A DNA stretch of 64,000 nt from an uncultured Thermoleophilia bacterium (GCA_963793605.1 CAWCAH010000011.1:9204-73203); one strand, 5' to 3'; numbered from the stretch's first letter, positions 36,100 to 47,225 are shown. Program-made: numbers and translations. The notes: generated from the letters alone by a model not told the origin.

Positions 36100-37830
36100 G
36101 CGATCACCGCCGGCGGCAGCGACCCCCAGGCGAGCAGCTCGTCGTGGAACGCGCGCAGCGTCGCCGCCGCGGGCCGCGCGGTACAGCGCCGCGAGACGCT
36201 GCACCTCGCGCCGGCCGAGCAGGTAGCTCATCGGCTGGCCCGGCTCTTCGGCGTAGCGGCGGCACTCGAGCTCGGCCTCCCGGCCGGTTCATGTGCGCCT
36301 TGCCTCGACCAGGAGGTCGACGGCCTCGCTCGAGGTCCATGCGGCCCGAGGTGCAGCTCGACGTCGATGACCACCCGGCAGGCCCGCCAGGCCTGGTCGT
36401 TGAGGCGCATGAGCCGCACGGCCGGGTCGCCGAGAAAGCCCTCGCGCTCCATGAGCTCCTCGCAGTAGAACGCCCAGCCCTCGACGAGGATGTTGCCGCC
36501 GCCCGTGCAGATGTAGGCGATGCGCCGCGCCAGGGTGGGCGCCGCGGTTCGCGCTCACGAGCTGCAGGTGGTGGCCGGGGTAGGCCTCGTGCACGCCGGT
36601 GGTCGCGCAGCGACGCGCACGGGGTGGTTGCGCATGGCCTCGGCGAGGTCGTCGCCGGCGAGACCGTCAGCGGCGGCGGCGTGACGTAGTAGAAGCCGAG
36701 CTGGCGCGCGTCGAAGGGACCCGGCGGCTCGTACGCCGCGAACGGGAGCAGGCTGCGCAGGAACGGCGGCGTCGGCGAGCACCGCGAGCTCCTCGCCCGT
36801 CGGGCAGCGACGACGATGTCGTGCTCGACGATGTAGCCCGCGCGGCTCGCCGACGGCGTGCTCGTAGGCCGCCACGAAGCCGTCCGGCCGGCGGCGTGGC
36901 GTCGACTGCGCGGCGGCCACGGCGGCGGCTGCGTCGGCGTAGCCCAGCTCGCGGCCGCCAGCTCGCGTCCATGCCGGCTCACGTCTCGTCGAGCACCTCG
37001 CGGCCGTAGGCGGCGAGCTCCTCGGGCGTCTCGTCCGAGGCACGTGCTCCCAGCAGCAGCACGTCCGCGATGACGTCGGGCCGGCGCCGCACGCGGCGGC
37101 GGCGCGTGGGCAGCGAGCGTCGTCGCGTCAGGTAGACGCGCGAACGCCTCCGATCGCCGTCGCACGGCCGCGCCGACGGCGCCGTCCAGCTGCCCCGGCC
37201 GGCCCGACGCCTGCGCGAAGCCCGCACCGTCGGGCCGAGCAAGCTCGAGCAGGCCGTCGGCATAGTCGATGCCGGCCTCGACGGCGGCACGCGGACAGGC
37301 CCGGCTCGAGGTTGTCGCGCGCCTCGTCGAGAAGTCGCGGCACGGCCGCCAGCCGCCCGGCGAGCGCCTCCACGCGCTCGTCGAGCCGGCCCAGCTCGCG
37401 CACGAGCAGCGGGAACACGCCGAAGACGACGTCGAGGTACGGCGCCGGGGTGGCGCTCGGTGCGCCCGGCGCAGTTCGAGCAGGCGCGAGCGGGCGGCGC
37501 ACGACCTGAAGCGCCGGCGAACGCGTCGACGGCGTCGCCGTCGCGCGGCCGCCAGCAGCGGCGGAGCGCGCGCTCGTGGGCGTGGAGCAGCTCGCAGGCG
37601 GGCCGCGCGACGCGGCCGCGCGACCAGGCCGGCAGCCGGTCGGCGCCCCGCCGTGAGCCCGAGCGCCGTGCCAAGCACGGGGTCGTCGGCGACGAGGTCG
37701 TCGAGAAGCGACCGGATCGCCGCCTCGACGCGCGCACGCGGTCCTTGAGTCGGAATGTGACTCGTTTCGCTCGACCGGCGACTCTACCGACGCGCACCGG
37801 TGGGGCAATCGGTACGTTGTGGGTCACGCG
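36100..37830 (-). CDS. DUF885-family protein (metallopeptidase-like HExxPGHHxQ motif); heavily frame-disrupted, boundaries approximate
   Basis: Fragments in three frames: '..ELGRLDERVEALAGRLAAVPRLLDEARDNLEPGLS', '..PRAAVEAGIDYADGLLELARPDGAGF', 'MHEAYPGHHLQLVSANR', 'MEREGFLGDPAVRLMRLNDQAWRACRVVIDVELHLG'. Confidence 0.5.
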
Positions 37831-37909
37831 AAGGGTAGGTCACCGCAGGTGCGGTACAACGCGGTACGAGCGCAGGAGATGTACGTGCGGAGGGTAAGGT
37901 AGTAGCAAG

Positions 37910-37921
37910 TAGTAGCTACTA
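37910..37921. promoter_or_regulatory. AT-rich perfect 12-bp palindrome TAGTAGCTACTA inside a 60-bp AT-rich island (GTAGTAGCAAGTAGTAGCTACTAGTAAC) between the blaI stop and the DUF885 start; candidate BlaI-family operator
   Basis: Seen directly. Local GC is far below the 72% background. Confidence 0.35.
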
Positions 37922-37939
37922 GTAACTCTGCGTGAAGAG

Positions 37940-38329
37940 CTACGCAACGGCGGGAGCCGCGGTCAGTGCTCTTTGGGGCTGCTGCAGGTAGTCGATGAGC
38001 GGCTCGGTGTCGCCGCCCATGATCTTGTCGACGAGCGCGTCGAGGATGCCCCGGGCGACCTCTTCGTCGGTGACCTTGGGCCGGTACACGTAGGCCGCCT
38101 GGGACTTGTCCTGCTCGAGCAGGCCCTTGGCGGCCAGGTTGCGCAGCACGCTCATCACGGTGGTGTAGGCGATGCGGCGGTTCTCGCGCAGATCCTCGTA
38201 CACGTCGCGCACGGTCACCTCGCCCTTGTCCCAGACGACGCGGAGGACGTCCGCCTCCAGCCAGCCGAGACCGGTGAGGTCGCGGCTGCGGTCACGGCGC
38301 TGCCACGCTGGGGGCTTCGCGTCAGACAT
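37940..38329 (-). CDS. BlaI/MecI/CopY-family transcriptional repressor (winged helix)
   Basis: '..DLTGLGWLEADVLRVVWDKGEVTVRDVYEDLRENRRIAYTTVMSVLRNLAAKGLLEQDKSQAAYVYRPKVTDEEVARGILDALVDKIMGGDTEPLIDYL'. Confidence 0.85.
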   Translation of the reverse strand: MSDAKPPAWQRRDRSRDLTGLGWLEADVLRVVWDKGEVTVRDVYEDLRENRRIAYTTVMSVLRNLAAKGLLEQDKSQAAYVYRPKVTDEEVARGILDALVDKIMGGDTEPLIDYLQQPQRALTAAPAVA

Positions 38330-38550
38330 CAGGACCTCCGTCCGACTGTCGACGATTTCGAGACGGTGAGGACGGGATTCCCGAGGGCGGCGCCGAGGGA
38401 ACCGCCGCCGTCGCTTGCCGCCAGGTCACGGGAGGACCAGTCCAGCGTTCGACTCTACTGACCGTACCGGGCGTAATGCAAGACGTGCCGGGGCGCTGGA
38501 GACACCGGGTATACTGCCATCGGACCGAGCAACGGAGACTGGTGGGCGGC

Positions 38551-39060
38551 ATGACGCGACAGTGACCGGACGCCTCGAGCGCTGAGGAGCTCGCCGCTTG
38601 GCGCGGGCTGCTGCGCGTGCACAGCGCCCTGCTCCACGAGCTCGACGCCGACCTCCGGCGGCGGACGGCCTCCCGCTGCGCTCCTACGAGGTGCTGCTCC
38701 TCCTCGAAGACGCGCCGCAGCGGCGCCTGCGCATGAGCGACCTCTCGCGACTCCGTGCTGCTCAGCGCCAGCGGGGTGAGCCGACTGGTCGACCGGCTGG
38801 AGCGCGAGGGGCTCGTGCGCGCGGCGAGCGCTGCCCCGAGGACGGTCGCGGCTACTACGCCGTGCTCACCGACGCCGGCGCGGCCAAACTGCGGCAGGCG
38901 CGCGCCACGCACCTCGCCGGCGTGCGCCGCCTGTTCCTGGCAGGCTTCGGCGGCGACGACCTGCTCCAGCTGGCCGCCTACTGGGACAGCTGGTGCCGGG
39001 CGCCGCCGGCACGGACGCGGAGTGGCGGCGCACAGCGCCGGGCAGCGAGGAGGTCCTCGG
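38551..39060 (+). CDS. MarR-family transcriptional regulator; at least 3 frame disruptions
   Basis: '..SAEELAAWRGLLRVHSALLHELDADLRR..LPLRSYEVLLLLEDAPQRRLRMSDLS..VLLSASGVSRLVDRLEREGLVR..GYYAVLTDAGAAKLRQARATHLAGVRRLFLAGFGGDDLLQLAAYWDSW'. -10-like TATACT at about 38510. Confidence 0.55.
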
Positions 39061-40318
39061 TGCCTGACGTGGTGGTCGTCGGCGCCGGCGTCTCCGGCCT
39101 CTGCTGCGCCCGCGAGCTGCACGCGGCCGGGCTCGAGGTGCTCGTGCTCGAGCGCGGCGACCGCCCCGGCGGGCGCGTGCGCACCGACGACGTGGACGGC
39201 TTCCTGCTGGACCGCGGCTTCCAGGTGCTGCTCACGGCGTATCCGGAGGCGCAGCGGACGCTCGACTACGAGCGCCTCGGCCTGCGCGCCTTCGAGAGCG
39301 GGGCGCTCGTGCGCAAGGACGGCAGGTTCGCGCGCCTCGCCGACCCGACCCGGCACCCGTTCCAGGCGCTCGAGAGCCTGCGCAGCGCGCCCGGCAGCGT
39401 GCCGGACAAGCTGCGCGTCGCGCGCCTGCGGCGACGCCTCTCCGGCGGGTCCATCAACGAGATCCTCACGGCGCCACAGGTCACGACGGCTCAGGCGCTG
39501 GGGCGCGAAGGATTCTCACCGGCCTGATCGAGGCGTTCTTCCGCCCGTTCCTGGGCGGCATCTTCCTGGACCCCTCGCTCGAGACCTCGAGCCGCCTCTT
39601 CGCCTTCGTCTTCAAGATGTTCTCGGAGGGAGAGGCGGTGCTGCCGGCCGCCGGCATGGAGGCGATCCCGCGCCAGCTGGCCGAGAGCCTGCCGGAGGCG
39701 GCCGTCCGCTACGGCGCCACCGTCGAGTCGGTGGGCCCCGGCGGCGTCGTCCTGGCCGGCGGCGAGCGCGTGGAGGCGACCTCCGTGGTGGTCGCCGCCG
39801 AAGGCCCCGAGGCGGCGCGGCTCACCGGGCTCGTCCCGGCGCCCGCCGCGCGCGGCGTCACCACGCTGCACTACGCCGCCGACCGGTCACCCGTCGGCGA
39901 GCCGGTCCTCGTCCTCAACGGCGAGGGCACCGGGCCGGTCAACGACCTGTGCGTGCCGAGCGACGTGGCGCCGAGCTACGCGCCGCCGGGGGCGGCGCTG
40001 GTCTCGGCCACCGTGCTCGGCATGCCGCCGCTGGACGACGCCGCGCTCGACGCGGCGGTGCGCGACCAGCTGCGCGGCTGGTTCGGCGCGCAGGTGGACG
40101 GCTGGCGGCTCCTGCGCGCTCTCCGCCTGCCGTTCGCCCTGCCCGCCCAGCCGCCGGCGGCGCTCACTCCGGCCGAGCGGCCGGTGCGCCTGCGCGAGGG
40201 TCTCTTCGTCTGCGGCGACCACCGCGACACGGCGTCCCTGCAGGGCGCCATGGTCTCCGGGCGCCGCGCCGCGGCCGCGGTGCGCGGCCTGGACGCGGCC
40301 CCGGCCTGCGCGCTCTGA
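39061..40318 (+). CDS. FAD/NAD(P)-binding oxidoreductase (amine-oxidase / phytoene-desaturase-like); one frame disruption at about 39520
   Basis: 'VPDVVVVGAGVSGLCCARELHAAGLEVLVLERGDRPGGRVRTDDVDGFLLDRGFQVLLTAYPE..' then '..LIEAFFRPFLGGIFLDPSLETSSRLFAFVFKMFSEGEAVLPAAGMEAIPRQLAESLP..LFVCGDHRDTASLQGAMVSGRRAA'. RBS GAGGAGG 8 nt before the GTG. Confidence 0.7.
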
Positions 40319-40358
40319 CGGCCCGTCCCGCCGGCACCGCCGACGCGCCGCTCCCGCG

Positions 40359-40751
40359 TCAGGCCTTGCCGAGCAGCACGCTCAGGCACATCACCGCGAG
40401 CACGACTGCCGTGATCAGCACGTAGCGGCGGTCGCGCTGCCGCACGAACACGACGATGGAGCCGGCGACGCGCACGAACGGCGTGGCGATCAGGACGATC
40501 GAGCCCAGCGAGAGATACGCGGCCGGGTCGAGCGCCGCGAGCCGGGCCGGCAGGTCGGCGAGCGGCACCACGCGCGCCGGCAGGCCCTGCGGCGTGCCAC
40601 GACGCTCAGCACGAGCCCCGCGGCCATCAGCGCGACCGCGAGCACGATGCCGGCGCAGCAGGACGCGCCGGACCAGGCGCTCCAGGGGTCCATGACTGGT
40701 GCCGCGGCGGCCGGCCGGCTCGTCGCTGCGGTCGTCGCTCACACGCACCAC
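40359..40751 (-). CDS. DUF1634 membrane protein (partner of TauE/SafE); 2 frame disruptions
   Basis: 'VRVSDDRSDEPAGRRGTSHGPLERLVRRVLL / AGIVLAVALMAAGLVLSVVA / ..LAALDPAAYLSLGSIVLIATPFVRVAGSIVVFVRQRDRRYVLITAVVLAVMCLSVLLGKA'. Confidence 0.6.
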   Translation of the reverse strand: MVRVSDDRSDEPAGRRGTSHGPLERLVRRVLLRRHRARGRADGRGARAERRGTPQGLPARVVPLADLPARLAALDPAAYLSLGSIVLIATPFVRVAGSIVVFVRQRDRRYVLITAVVLAVMCLSVLLGKA

Positions 40752-41554
40752 CCCCAGCCGCCTTGAGGATCATGAGCACGGCGAACACCGGCAGCACGAT
40801 CTCGAAGGCGATGAGCAGCACACGCGTGGGCAGGTGGATGGCGAGCCGGGGCCCGAAGCGCGCGCCGGCGAGGATGCCGAGCGCCGCCGGCACCACCCAG
40901 TGCGGGTCCATGTAGCCGCGCCCGTAGAAGATGGCGGCGCTGGTGGCGGCGGTCACGCCGATCATGAGGTTGCTGGTGGCGATGGTCGCCTTGAGCGGGA
41001 CGCCCATGAGCAGGTTCATGATCGGCACCTTGAAGGCGCCGCCGCCGACGCCGAGCAGCCCGGAGACGTTGCCGGCGACGAGGCAGAGCGCGAACCCGAT
41101 GCCGAGGCCGTGGACGCCGTAGCCGACCTCGCGGCCCGCGGCCGGGTCGTAGTAGGAGCCTCGAGCATGACCGGTGCCGCGACCGGCACGACGTCGCCCC
41201 GCGGCGGCCCATCTGCCAGGCCACGTAGACGAGCAGCACGGCGAACGCCACCTGCAGGACGCGCCCGTCGACGAGGATGGCGGTGATGCCGCCGGCGATG
41301 GCGCCGACGGTGGTCGCGACCTCGAGGAACATGCCGAGGCGCATGTTGGTCATGCCGCGCGCGGCGAAGGTGGTCTGCGCCATGGACGACGTGGCGATGA
41401 CGCAGACGATGCTGGTGGCGATGGCCGTCTTGATCGGCACGCCGAACGCCAGGCTGAGCACCGGGACCATGATGACGCCGCCGCCCACGCCGAGCATGCT
41501 GCCGAACACGCCGGCGAAGAACGCGATGACGAGGATGCCGATGAGCGCCGCCAT
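40739..41554 (-). CDS. TauE/SafE (DUF81) family sulfite/anion exporter; frame disruptions at about 41170 and near the stop
   Basis: 'MAALIGILVIAFFAGVFGSMLGVGGGVIMVPVLSLAFGVPIKTAIATSIVCVIATSSMAQTTFAARGMTNMRLGMFLEVATTVGAIAGG..' plus '..MPIMNLLMGVPLKATIATSNLMIGVTAATSAAIFYGRGYMDPHWVVPAALGILAGARFGPRLAIHLPTRVLLIAFEIVLPVFAVLMILKAAG'. Confidence 0.75.
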   Translation of the reverse strand: MAALIGILVIAFFAGVFGSMLGVGGGVIMVPVLSLAFGVPIKTAIATSIVCVIATSSMAQTTFAARGMTNMRLGMFLEVATTVGAIAGGITAILVDGRVLQVAFAVLLVYVAWQMGRRGATSCRSRHRSCSRLLLRPGRGPRGRLRRPRPRHRVRALPRRRQRLRAARRRRRRLQGADHEPAHGRPAQGDHRHQQPHDRRDRRHQRRHLLRARLHGPALGGAGGARHPRRRALRAPARHPPAHACAAHRLRDRAAGVRRAHDPQGGWGWCV

Positions 41555-41564
41555 GGGCGGTACT

Positions 41565-41954
41565 CTACACGCGCGCCGCGGGCCGTCGGACCCGGACTCG
41601 TCGCCCGAGGGCGGGCGGCGCAGGCGCTTGGCGGCCGCCCGCCGCGTCTTCTCGGCGAGGCGCCGCTCCTTGGCGGCCCGCGGAGGGCCGCGTGGGGCGG
41701 CGCGGCGGCGGAGGCGGCTCGTTCAGCCGCCGCAGCTTGAGCCGCAGGCGGCGCAGCGCGTCCGTCTTGTTGAGGTACTGGCTGCGCTGCGCCCGGCTCG
41801 TGACGGTCAAGCCGGTGGGCCGGTGCACCAGCCGCACGGCGCTGTCGGTGACGTTCTGGTGCTGGCCGCCCGGGCCGCCGGCGCGGAACGTCTGCACGTC
41901 GCACTGGGCGAGCAGGGCCTCGTCGCTCTCGGGGATGTCGATGGGTCCGTCCAT
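41565..41954 (-). CDS. arfB: alternative ribosome-rescue factor ArfB (peptidyl-tRNA hydrolase, GGQ motif, basic tail)
   Basis: 'MDGPIDIPESDEALLAQCDVQTFRAGGPGGQHQNVTDSAVRLVHRPTGLTVTSRAQRSQYLNKTDALRRLRLKLRRL..'. Confidence 0.8.
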   Translation of the reverse strand: MDGPIDIPESDEALLAQCDVQTFRAGGPGGQHQNVTDSAVRLVHRPTGLTVTSRAQRSQYLNKTDALRRLRLKLRRLNEPPPPPRRPTRPSAGRQGAAPRREDAAGGRQAPAPPALGRRVRVRRPAARV

Positions 41955-41994
41955 CGTGCCTCGAGCCTACCACCCGCCGTGATAGCCTCTGGCC

Positions 41995-42984
41995 ATGCTC
42001 GGCATCGCCCTCGCCCTCGGCGCGTCTGCTCTGCTGGGGCTCCGGCGACTTCCTCGGCGGGTTCAGCACGCGGCGCGCGAGCCTGTGGGCCGTCATCATC
42101 GGCAGCCAGGCCGTGGGGCTCGCCGGGGCGGCGCTGGTGACCCTCGGCACCGGCCACGGCTGGCCCGGGCTCCAGGCGCGTCTGGCCGGTGATGCTGGGC
42201 GGGCTGGCCAGCGTGATCGCCATCTCCTGCTTCTACAAGGCGCTGGCCATCGGCACCATGAGCATCGTCGCGCCGATCAGCGCCACCAACGCCCTGATCC
42301 CCTTCGCCGTCGGCATCGCCGCCGGCGAGCGGCCCGCCGCCGTCCAGCTCGCCGGAGTGGCCCTGGCCGCAGTCGGCGTGATCCTGGTGGCCGTCGAGCC
42401 GGCGCGCCGCGGCGAGACCGTCGGCGTGGCCGCCCTGCCCGGCGAGCCGGCCGTGGAGCCGGAGGCGGCGCAGGCGCTGTTCCGGCGGGAGGCCGCCGGC
42501 GCCGGCCGGCACCGGCCTGCCGGCCGCGCACGGAGCCCGGCGGCGCGGCTCCGCGACCCTCGCGCCGCGCTCAGCGCCGCGCGATCGCGCTGGCGCTCCT
42601 CGCCGCGGTCTGCATGGGGCTCGTGCTGATCGGCTACGACGCCACGTCGCCGCTACGACCCGCTGTGGGCCATGCTCGGCGGGCGCCTCTCGTCGGCCGT
42701 CCTCTTCGCCGTCGTTCTTCCTCGTCCTGCGCCCGCGGGTCAAGCTGGAGCGGTCGGCGCTGCCGTTCATCGTCGCCGTCGGTGTGCTCGACACCGGCGC
42801 CAACGGCCTGTTCGCGCTGGCCACCACCCAGGGCTACCTGAGCCTCGTGGCGGTGCTCGGCTCGCTCTACCCCGTGGTGACCGTGCTGCTCGCGTTCGGC
42901 GTGCTGCGCGAGCGCATCGCCCGGCACCAGCTCGCCGGGGCGGCGGCGACGCTCGCCGGCGTCGCCCTCATCGCCGCCGGATGA
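41995..42984 (+). CDS. EamA/DMT-family transporter; several frame disruptions
   Basis: '..GDFLGGFSTRRASLWAVIIGSQAVGLAGAALV', '..MMLGGLASVIAISCFYKALAIGTMSIVAPISATNALIPFAVGIAAGERPAAVQLAGVALAAVGVILVA', '..VGVLDTGANGLFALATTQGYLSLVAVLGSLYPVVTVLLAFGVLRERIARHQLAGAAATLAGVALIAAG'. Confidence 0.65.
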
Positions 42985-42986
42985 CG

Positions 42987-43990
42987 CACGCTATCGCCGG
43001 ACGTCCTCCCCGCTGCGCGGCGCCGGCGGCGAGCCCGTCGACCTGCGGCGCACGCTCGGCTCGCACGGGGTCGCGGAGCTGCCGCCGATGTACCTGGACG
43101 ACGGCGGCTCGAGCGCCACCGTCACGCTGGGCACGCCGGGCGGGCCGCGCACGGTGCGCCTGGCGCCGGCGCGCCGGCGAGGCGGACGCGGACGCCGCCG
43201 GACGCTGCAAGCGCCCGGCCCTCCTCGCGGTCACCGTCGCGGATGCCGGGCCGCCGCCCGGCGAAGCGGAGGCGGCGGCGGTCGCGGCGACGGTCCGGCG
43301 CATGCTCTGCCTGGACGACGACCTCAGCGGCTTCTACGCGGCGGTCGCCGCGCGACCCGGACGCTCGCCTGGGCGGCGCGCGGCGCCGGGAGGCTCCTGC
43401 GCAGCCCCACCGTCTTCGAGGACGTGGTCAAGACGGTGTGCACCACCAACTGCGCCTGGTCGGCGACGGAGCGGATGGTCGGCGCCCTGGTCGGCCGGCT
43501 CGGTGAGCCGGCCCCGGGGGCGCCGCCCGGACGACGTCGCCGGCCGCGCGTTCCCCACGCCGGCGGCGATGGCGGCCGCCGGCGACGACTTCTACGCGGA
43601 GCGTGGCCCGCGCCGGCTACCGCGGGCCGTACCTGCGCGCCATCGCGGCGCCGGGTCGCGGCCGGCGAGCTCGACCTCGAGGCGCTGCTCGCCGCCGACC
43701 GGGACGAGCTGCCCGACGAGGAGGTCGCGAGCATCCTGCTCGCGCTCCCCGGCGTCGGGCCGTACGCGGCGGCCCACATCATGATGCTGCTGGGCCGCCA
43801 CTCCCGCCTGGTGCTCGACTCGTGGACGCGGCCCAAGTACGCGCGCCTGCATGGGCAAGCCCAAGGGCAGGCTGGTCGCCGACCGCGACCATCGAGCGCC
43901 GCTTCCGCCGCTACGGCGGGTACGCCGGGCTCGCGTTCTGGCTGTTCCTCACGCGCGACTGGGTGGACGACGGCGCGGGGCGCGCCCCGG
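42987..43990 (+). CDS. HhH-GPD base-excision DNA glycosylase (AlkA / 3-methyladenine glycosylase II-like); at least 4 frame disruptions
   Basis: '..VRRMLCLDDDLSGFYAAVAA..LLRSPTVFEDVVKTVCTTNCAWSATERMVGALVGRLGEP..ELDLEALLAADRDELPDEEVASILLALPGVGPYAAAHIMMLLGRHSRLVLDSWTRPKYARLHG..IERRFRRYGGYAGLAFWLFLTRDW'. Its ATG overlaps the EamA stop (ATGA). Confidence 0.5.
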
Positions 43991-44025
43991 AGCAGCTGAG
44001 CGCCGGCGAGCCGCGGCTGACGGCG

Positions 44026-45481
44026 TCAGGGCGCCGGGCTGGGCGAGGCGCTCCCGCTGCCGCCCATCCCCCAGTCCTTCTCGATCACGTCGAGCACCAG
44101 CCCCGCCATGAGGTCGCCGCCGGCGCGCGAGAGGTGGATGCCGTCCGGAGCGCGCATCAGGATCGAATCGCCGTCCTCGTCCTTGAGATACTCGGCGTAC
44201 GAGCCCTTCTCGTTGGAAGCAGCTTCCAGGTGCTGACGAACGTCACCCCGGGGTGCTTCTTGGCCTCGGCCTCGTAGATGTGGTTCATCATCGCGATGCG
44301 CTCGCGGTAGCCGAAGTCCTTCATGATGGGATTGCCGACCCAGTAGACCCGGCGGCCGCCCTTGGTGAGGATGTCCATCGCCTCGCCGACGCGCTGGGCG
44401 TAGACCTCCTGCCAGGCCTTGGTGCCGACCTTGAGGACCTTGCCCTCGTAGTAGGACGTCCTGGCCGTCGTTGGCGCCGAAGAGCACGGCGACGGCGTCC
44501 GGCTTGTAGTCGACGATCTGGTCGACCATGCGCTGCGGCCAGTCGAAGAAGTCGGGGCGGCTGAGCCCGCTCGAGACCTTGTAGTCGTTCTTGGCCTTCA
44601 CGAGCCCGGTGGCCTCGGAGAGGTTGACGAGCGAGGAGCCGAAGACCTGGTCCATGGAGTCGCCGGCGACGTAGAGGCGCAGCGGCTTCTTGGCGGTGAT
44701 CGCGCGCGGCCAGAGCGACTTCTTCGTCTTCTTGACGTCGGCGAGCGTGTGGTGCGGCTCCTCGCCGCGGCCGAGCGCGGTGGCGACGCCGCGCGCCGAG
44801 GTCGTCGGCGCGCACCAGGCCGCTCAGCGCCGGTCATCGGCGTGAGCAGCGCGAGCTGGAGCGGTGCGCAGGGCGCCGTAGGGCCGCGCCTCGACGTCCT
44901 TCTTGATGTTGGCGACGTCGAACAGACCGGCGAGGAAGAACCCGAGCAGCATGGCGAGGAGCACCGCGCCGGCCGAGAGGCGGCGCCGGCGCGGCCCCTT
45001 GTGCCGCTCCGGCAGCGGCCCGATGCGTCTCGCCGCCGCGCGGCGCCTCGGGTTCGAGCCACTCCTCCCACTCCTCGGACGTCTCGTAGCCGTCATCCGG
45101 CTCGTGGCGGCTGCGCCGGTCGCCGGTGGGGTACTCGGGCGCGCGCCAGTCGCCGGAGGCGCGCGCGTCACGGCCCCGCCGGCTCGCGCCGGCGTCCTGC
45201 CGTACCGACCGGCGCCCGTCTCGCGCTCGTACCTGCGGTCGAGGGCGTCGCGCTCCGTGCGCGCGCGGTCGTCCCCGCGCGCGCCGGGCGCGCCGGCCGC
45301 GCCCGCCGCGCCGAACTCCCGCACGCGCCAGTCGCCCGGCACCTCGTCGGCCGGCGGCCGCGGCTGCTCGCGCCTCGGCGGCCGCAGGTCCCAGACGAAG
45401 AGGTCGTCGTCCGGGCTCGCCGCTCGAACGGCATCCCCATCTGCCCGGGTACTCGCCCTCGTGAGGTCCGTCGCCGCTCAT
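44026..45481 (-). CDS. SGNH/GDSL-hydrolase-fold protein (DUF459-like), paralog 1; long disordered Arg/Glu-rich N-terminus, one TM; at least 3 frame disruptions
   Basis: '..RRRLSAGAVLLAMLLGFFLAGLFDVANIKKDVEARPYGALRTAP', '..LYVAGDSMDQVFGSSLVNLSEATGLVKAKNDYKVSSGLSRPDFFDWPQRMVDQIVDYKPDAVAVLFGANDGQD', 'MDILTKGGRRVYWVGNPIMKDFGYRERIAMMNHIYEAEAKKHPGVTFVSTWKLL', '..GSYAEYLKDEDGDSILMRAPDGIHLSRAGGDLMAGLVLDVIEKDW'. Confidence 0.65.
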
Positions 45482-45493
45482 CGCCCTCGTCCG

Positions 45494-46984
45494 TCATCGC
45501 TCGTCCGCTCCTCTCAGAACTTGAAGTACAGGAACTCCGCCGGCCCCACCGGCCCCAGCACGTCGATCAGGAACAGGGCCACCGCGAGCACCAGCCCCTG
45601 GCCCGACCCAGCCGATGCGGCTGAAGCTCGCCTCGAGCCCCTCGATGGCCCGCCGCGGCACGTACTGGATGGCGATGCCCAGCACGCACAGCGCCACCAC
45701 CGGCAGGGTCACCGCCGCGCCGATCGAGCCGAGCCCGGCGACCAGCCGCCACAGCACCGCGAACGCGTTGGGCAGCGACTCGGCGCGGAAGAACACCCAC
45801 GCCACGCTCACGAAGACGAACACCCACAGCCGCTGGAGCGCCCGCGCGCCCGGCGTCCGCCCGGGCTCGGGCAGTCCTCTCGAGTGACGCGTGTCCATGC
45901 GCGCCCGTTCGACGGCCAGCCCCGTGCCGTGCATGAGCCCCCAGAAGACGAACGTCCACCCCGCCCCGTGCCACAGGCCGCCGAGCAGGAAGGTGAGCAC
46001 CAGGTTGACGTAGGTCCGCCCCGTGCCCCTTGCGATTACCGCCCAGCGGTATGTAGAGGTAGTCGCGCAGCCAGCTGGACAGGGTGATGTGCCAGCGGCG
46101 CCAGAAGTCCTGGATGGTCCGCGACGTGTACGGCGCGTCGAAGTTGGCCGGCAGCTCGAACCCGAGGAGCAGCGAGATGCCGATGGCGATGTCCGCGTAG
46201 GCGCTGAAGTCGCAGTAGATCTGCACCGAGTAGGCGACGATGCCCCACAGGGTCTCCCACGACGAGTAGGTCTGCGGCGAGGCGAACAGCCCGTTCACGA
46301 TGTGCGTCGAGAGGTAGTCGGCGATCGAGCATCTTCTTGATCAGGCCGCCGAGGATGAGCACGAACGCGCGCGACGGAGTCCACCGTGTGCGGGTTCCGC
46401 GGCGAGGTGAGCTGCGGCAGGAACTCGCGGGCGCTGGCGATGGGGCCCGCGAGCAGGTACGGGAAGAACGCCGTGTACACCGCGAAGTCGAGCGTCGGCG
46501 CCGGCGCGAGCTGGCCGCGGTAGATGTCGATCACGTAGGTCAGCATGCGGAAGACGAGGAAGGAGATGCCGACCGGCAGCAGGAGGCGCAGCAGCGGCAG
46601 AGGCGCGTCCATGCCGAACACGCCCAGCACGTCGTTGAGGTTGGCGGCGAAGAAGTCGAAGTACTTGAACACGCCGAGCGTGACGAGGTTGGCGGCGACG
46701 GCGAGGACGACCCAGCGGCGGGCGGCGCTCCGCGAGCCGCGCCGCCCGCTCGACGACCCATGCCCCTGCCCGCCGAGGGCCCGGTGCACCTGCACGCCGG
46801 CGGCCTGGTTCACCAGCGTCGCGCCGACCAGCAGGAAGATCAGCCGCCAGTCCCACCACCCGTAGAACACGTAGCTGGCGGCGATGATGAACCACTTCCA
46901 CAGCCGCAGCCTGGGCATGAGCACCCAGTTGAGCGCGTAGACGACGAGGAAGAAGAGCGCGAACGTGATGGTCGGGAAGAGCAC
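45494..46984 (-). CDS. MBOAT-family membrane-bound O-acyltransferase (AlgI/DltB/PatA-like), paralog 1; at least 2 frame disruptions
   Basis: 'MLFPTITFALFFLVVYALNWVLMPRLRLWKWFIIAASYVFYGWWDWRLIFLLVGATLVNQAAG', '..YSVQIYCDFSAYADIAIGISLLLGFELPANFDAPYTSRTIQDFWRRWHITLSSWLRDYLYIPLGGNRKG', 'MLTFLLGGLWHGAGWTFVFWGLMHGTGLAVERA..'. Confidence 0.75.
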
Positions 46985-47188
46985 CCTGCCGCCTGCCAGT
47001 CACCGGGACGCGCGAGGCACCGCGCCGGCCCCGCCTGCTGCTAGCGGATGCTACACCAGCGGGAGCGGGCGGCGAAGGGGCTGCCGGGGTCCTGCCGCCC
47101 GGGTCTGCAGCGCCCGGCCCTGCGGCCGCCGGCCCTGCGCCGGCCTCGGTCGCCCGGCCGCGCCTCGGCGGTCGGTGGAGACGGGGTC

Positions 47189-47202
47189 AGGGGTATGTGC
47201 TC
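47189..47202. promoter_or_regulatory. 14-mer AGGGGTATGTGCTC, identical to the one at 50256-50269; both lie upstream of a paralogous MBOAT gene
   Basis: Exact 14-nt identity at equivalent positions in two otherwise diverged upstream regions. Confidence 0.4.
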
Positions 47203-47225
47203 TCGGGGTGTGAGCCTTGGATGGC

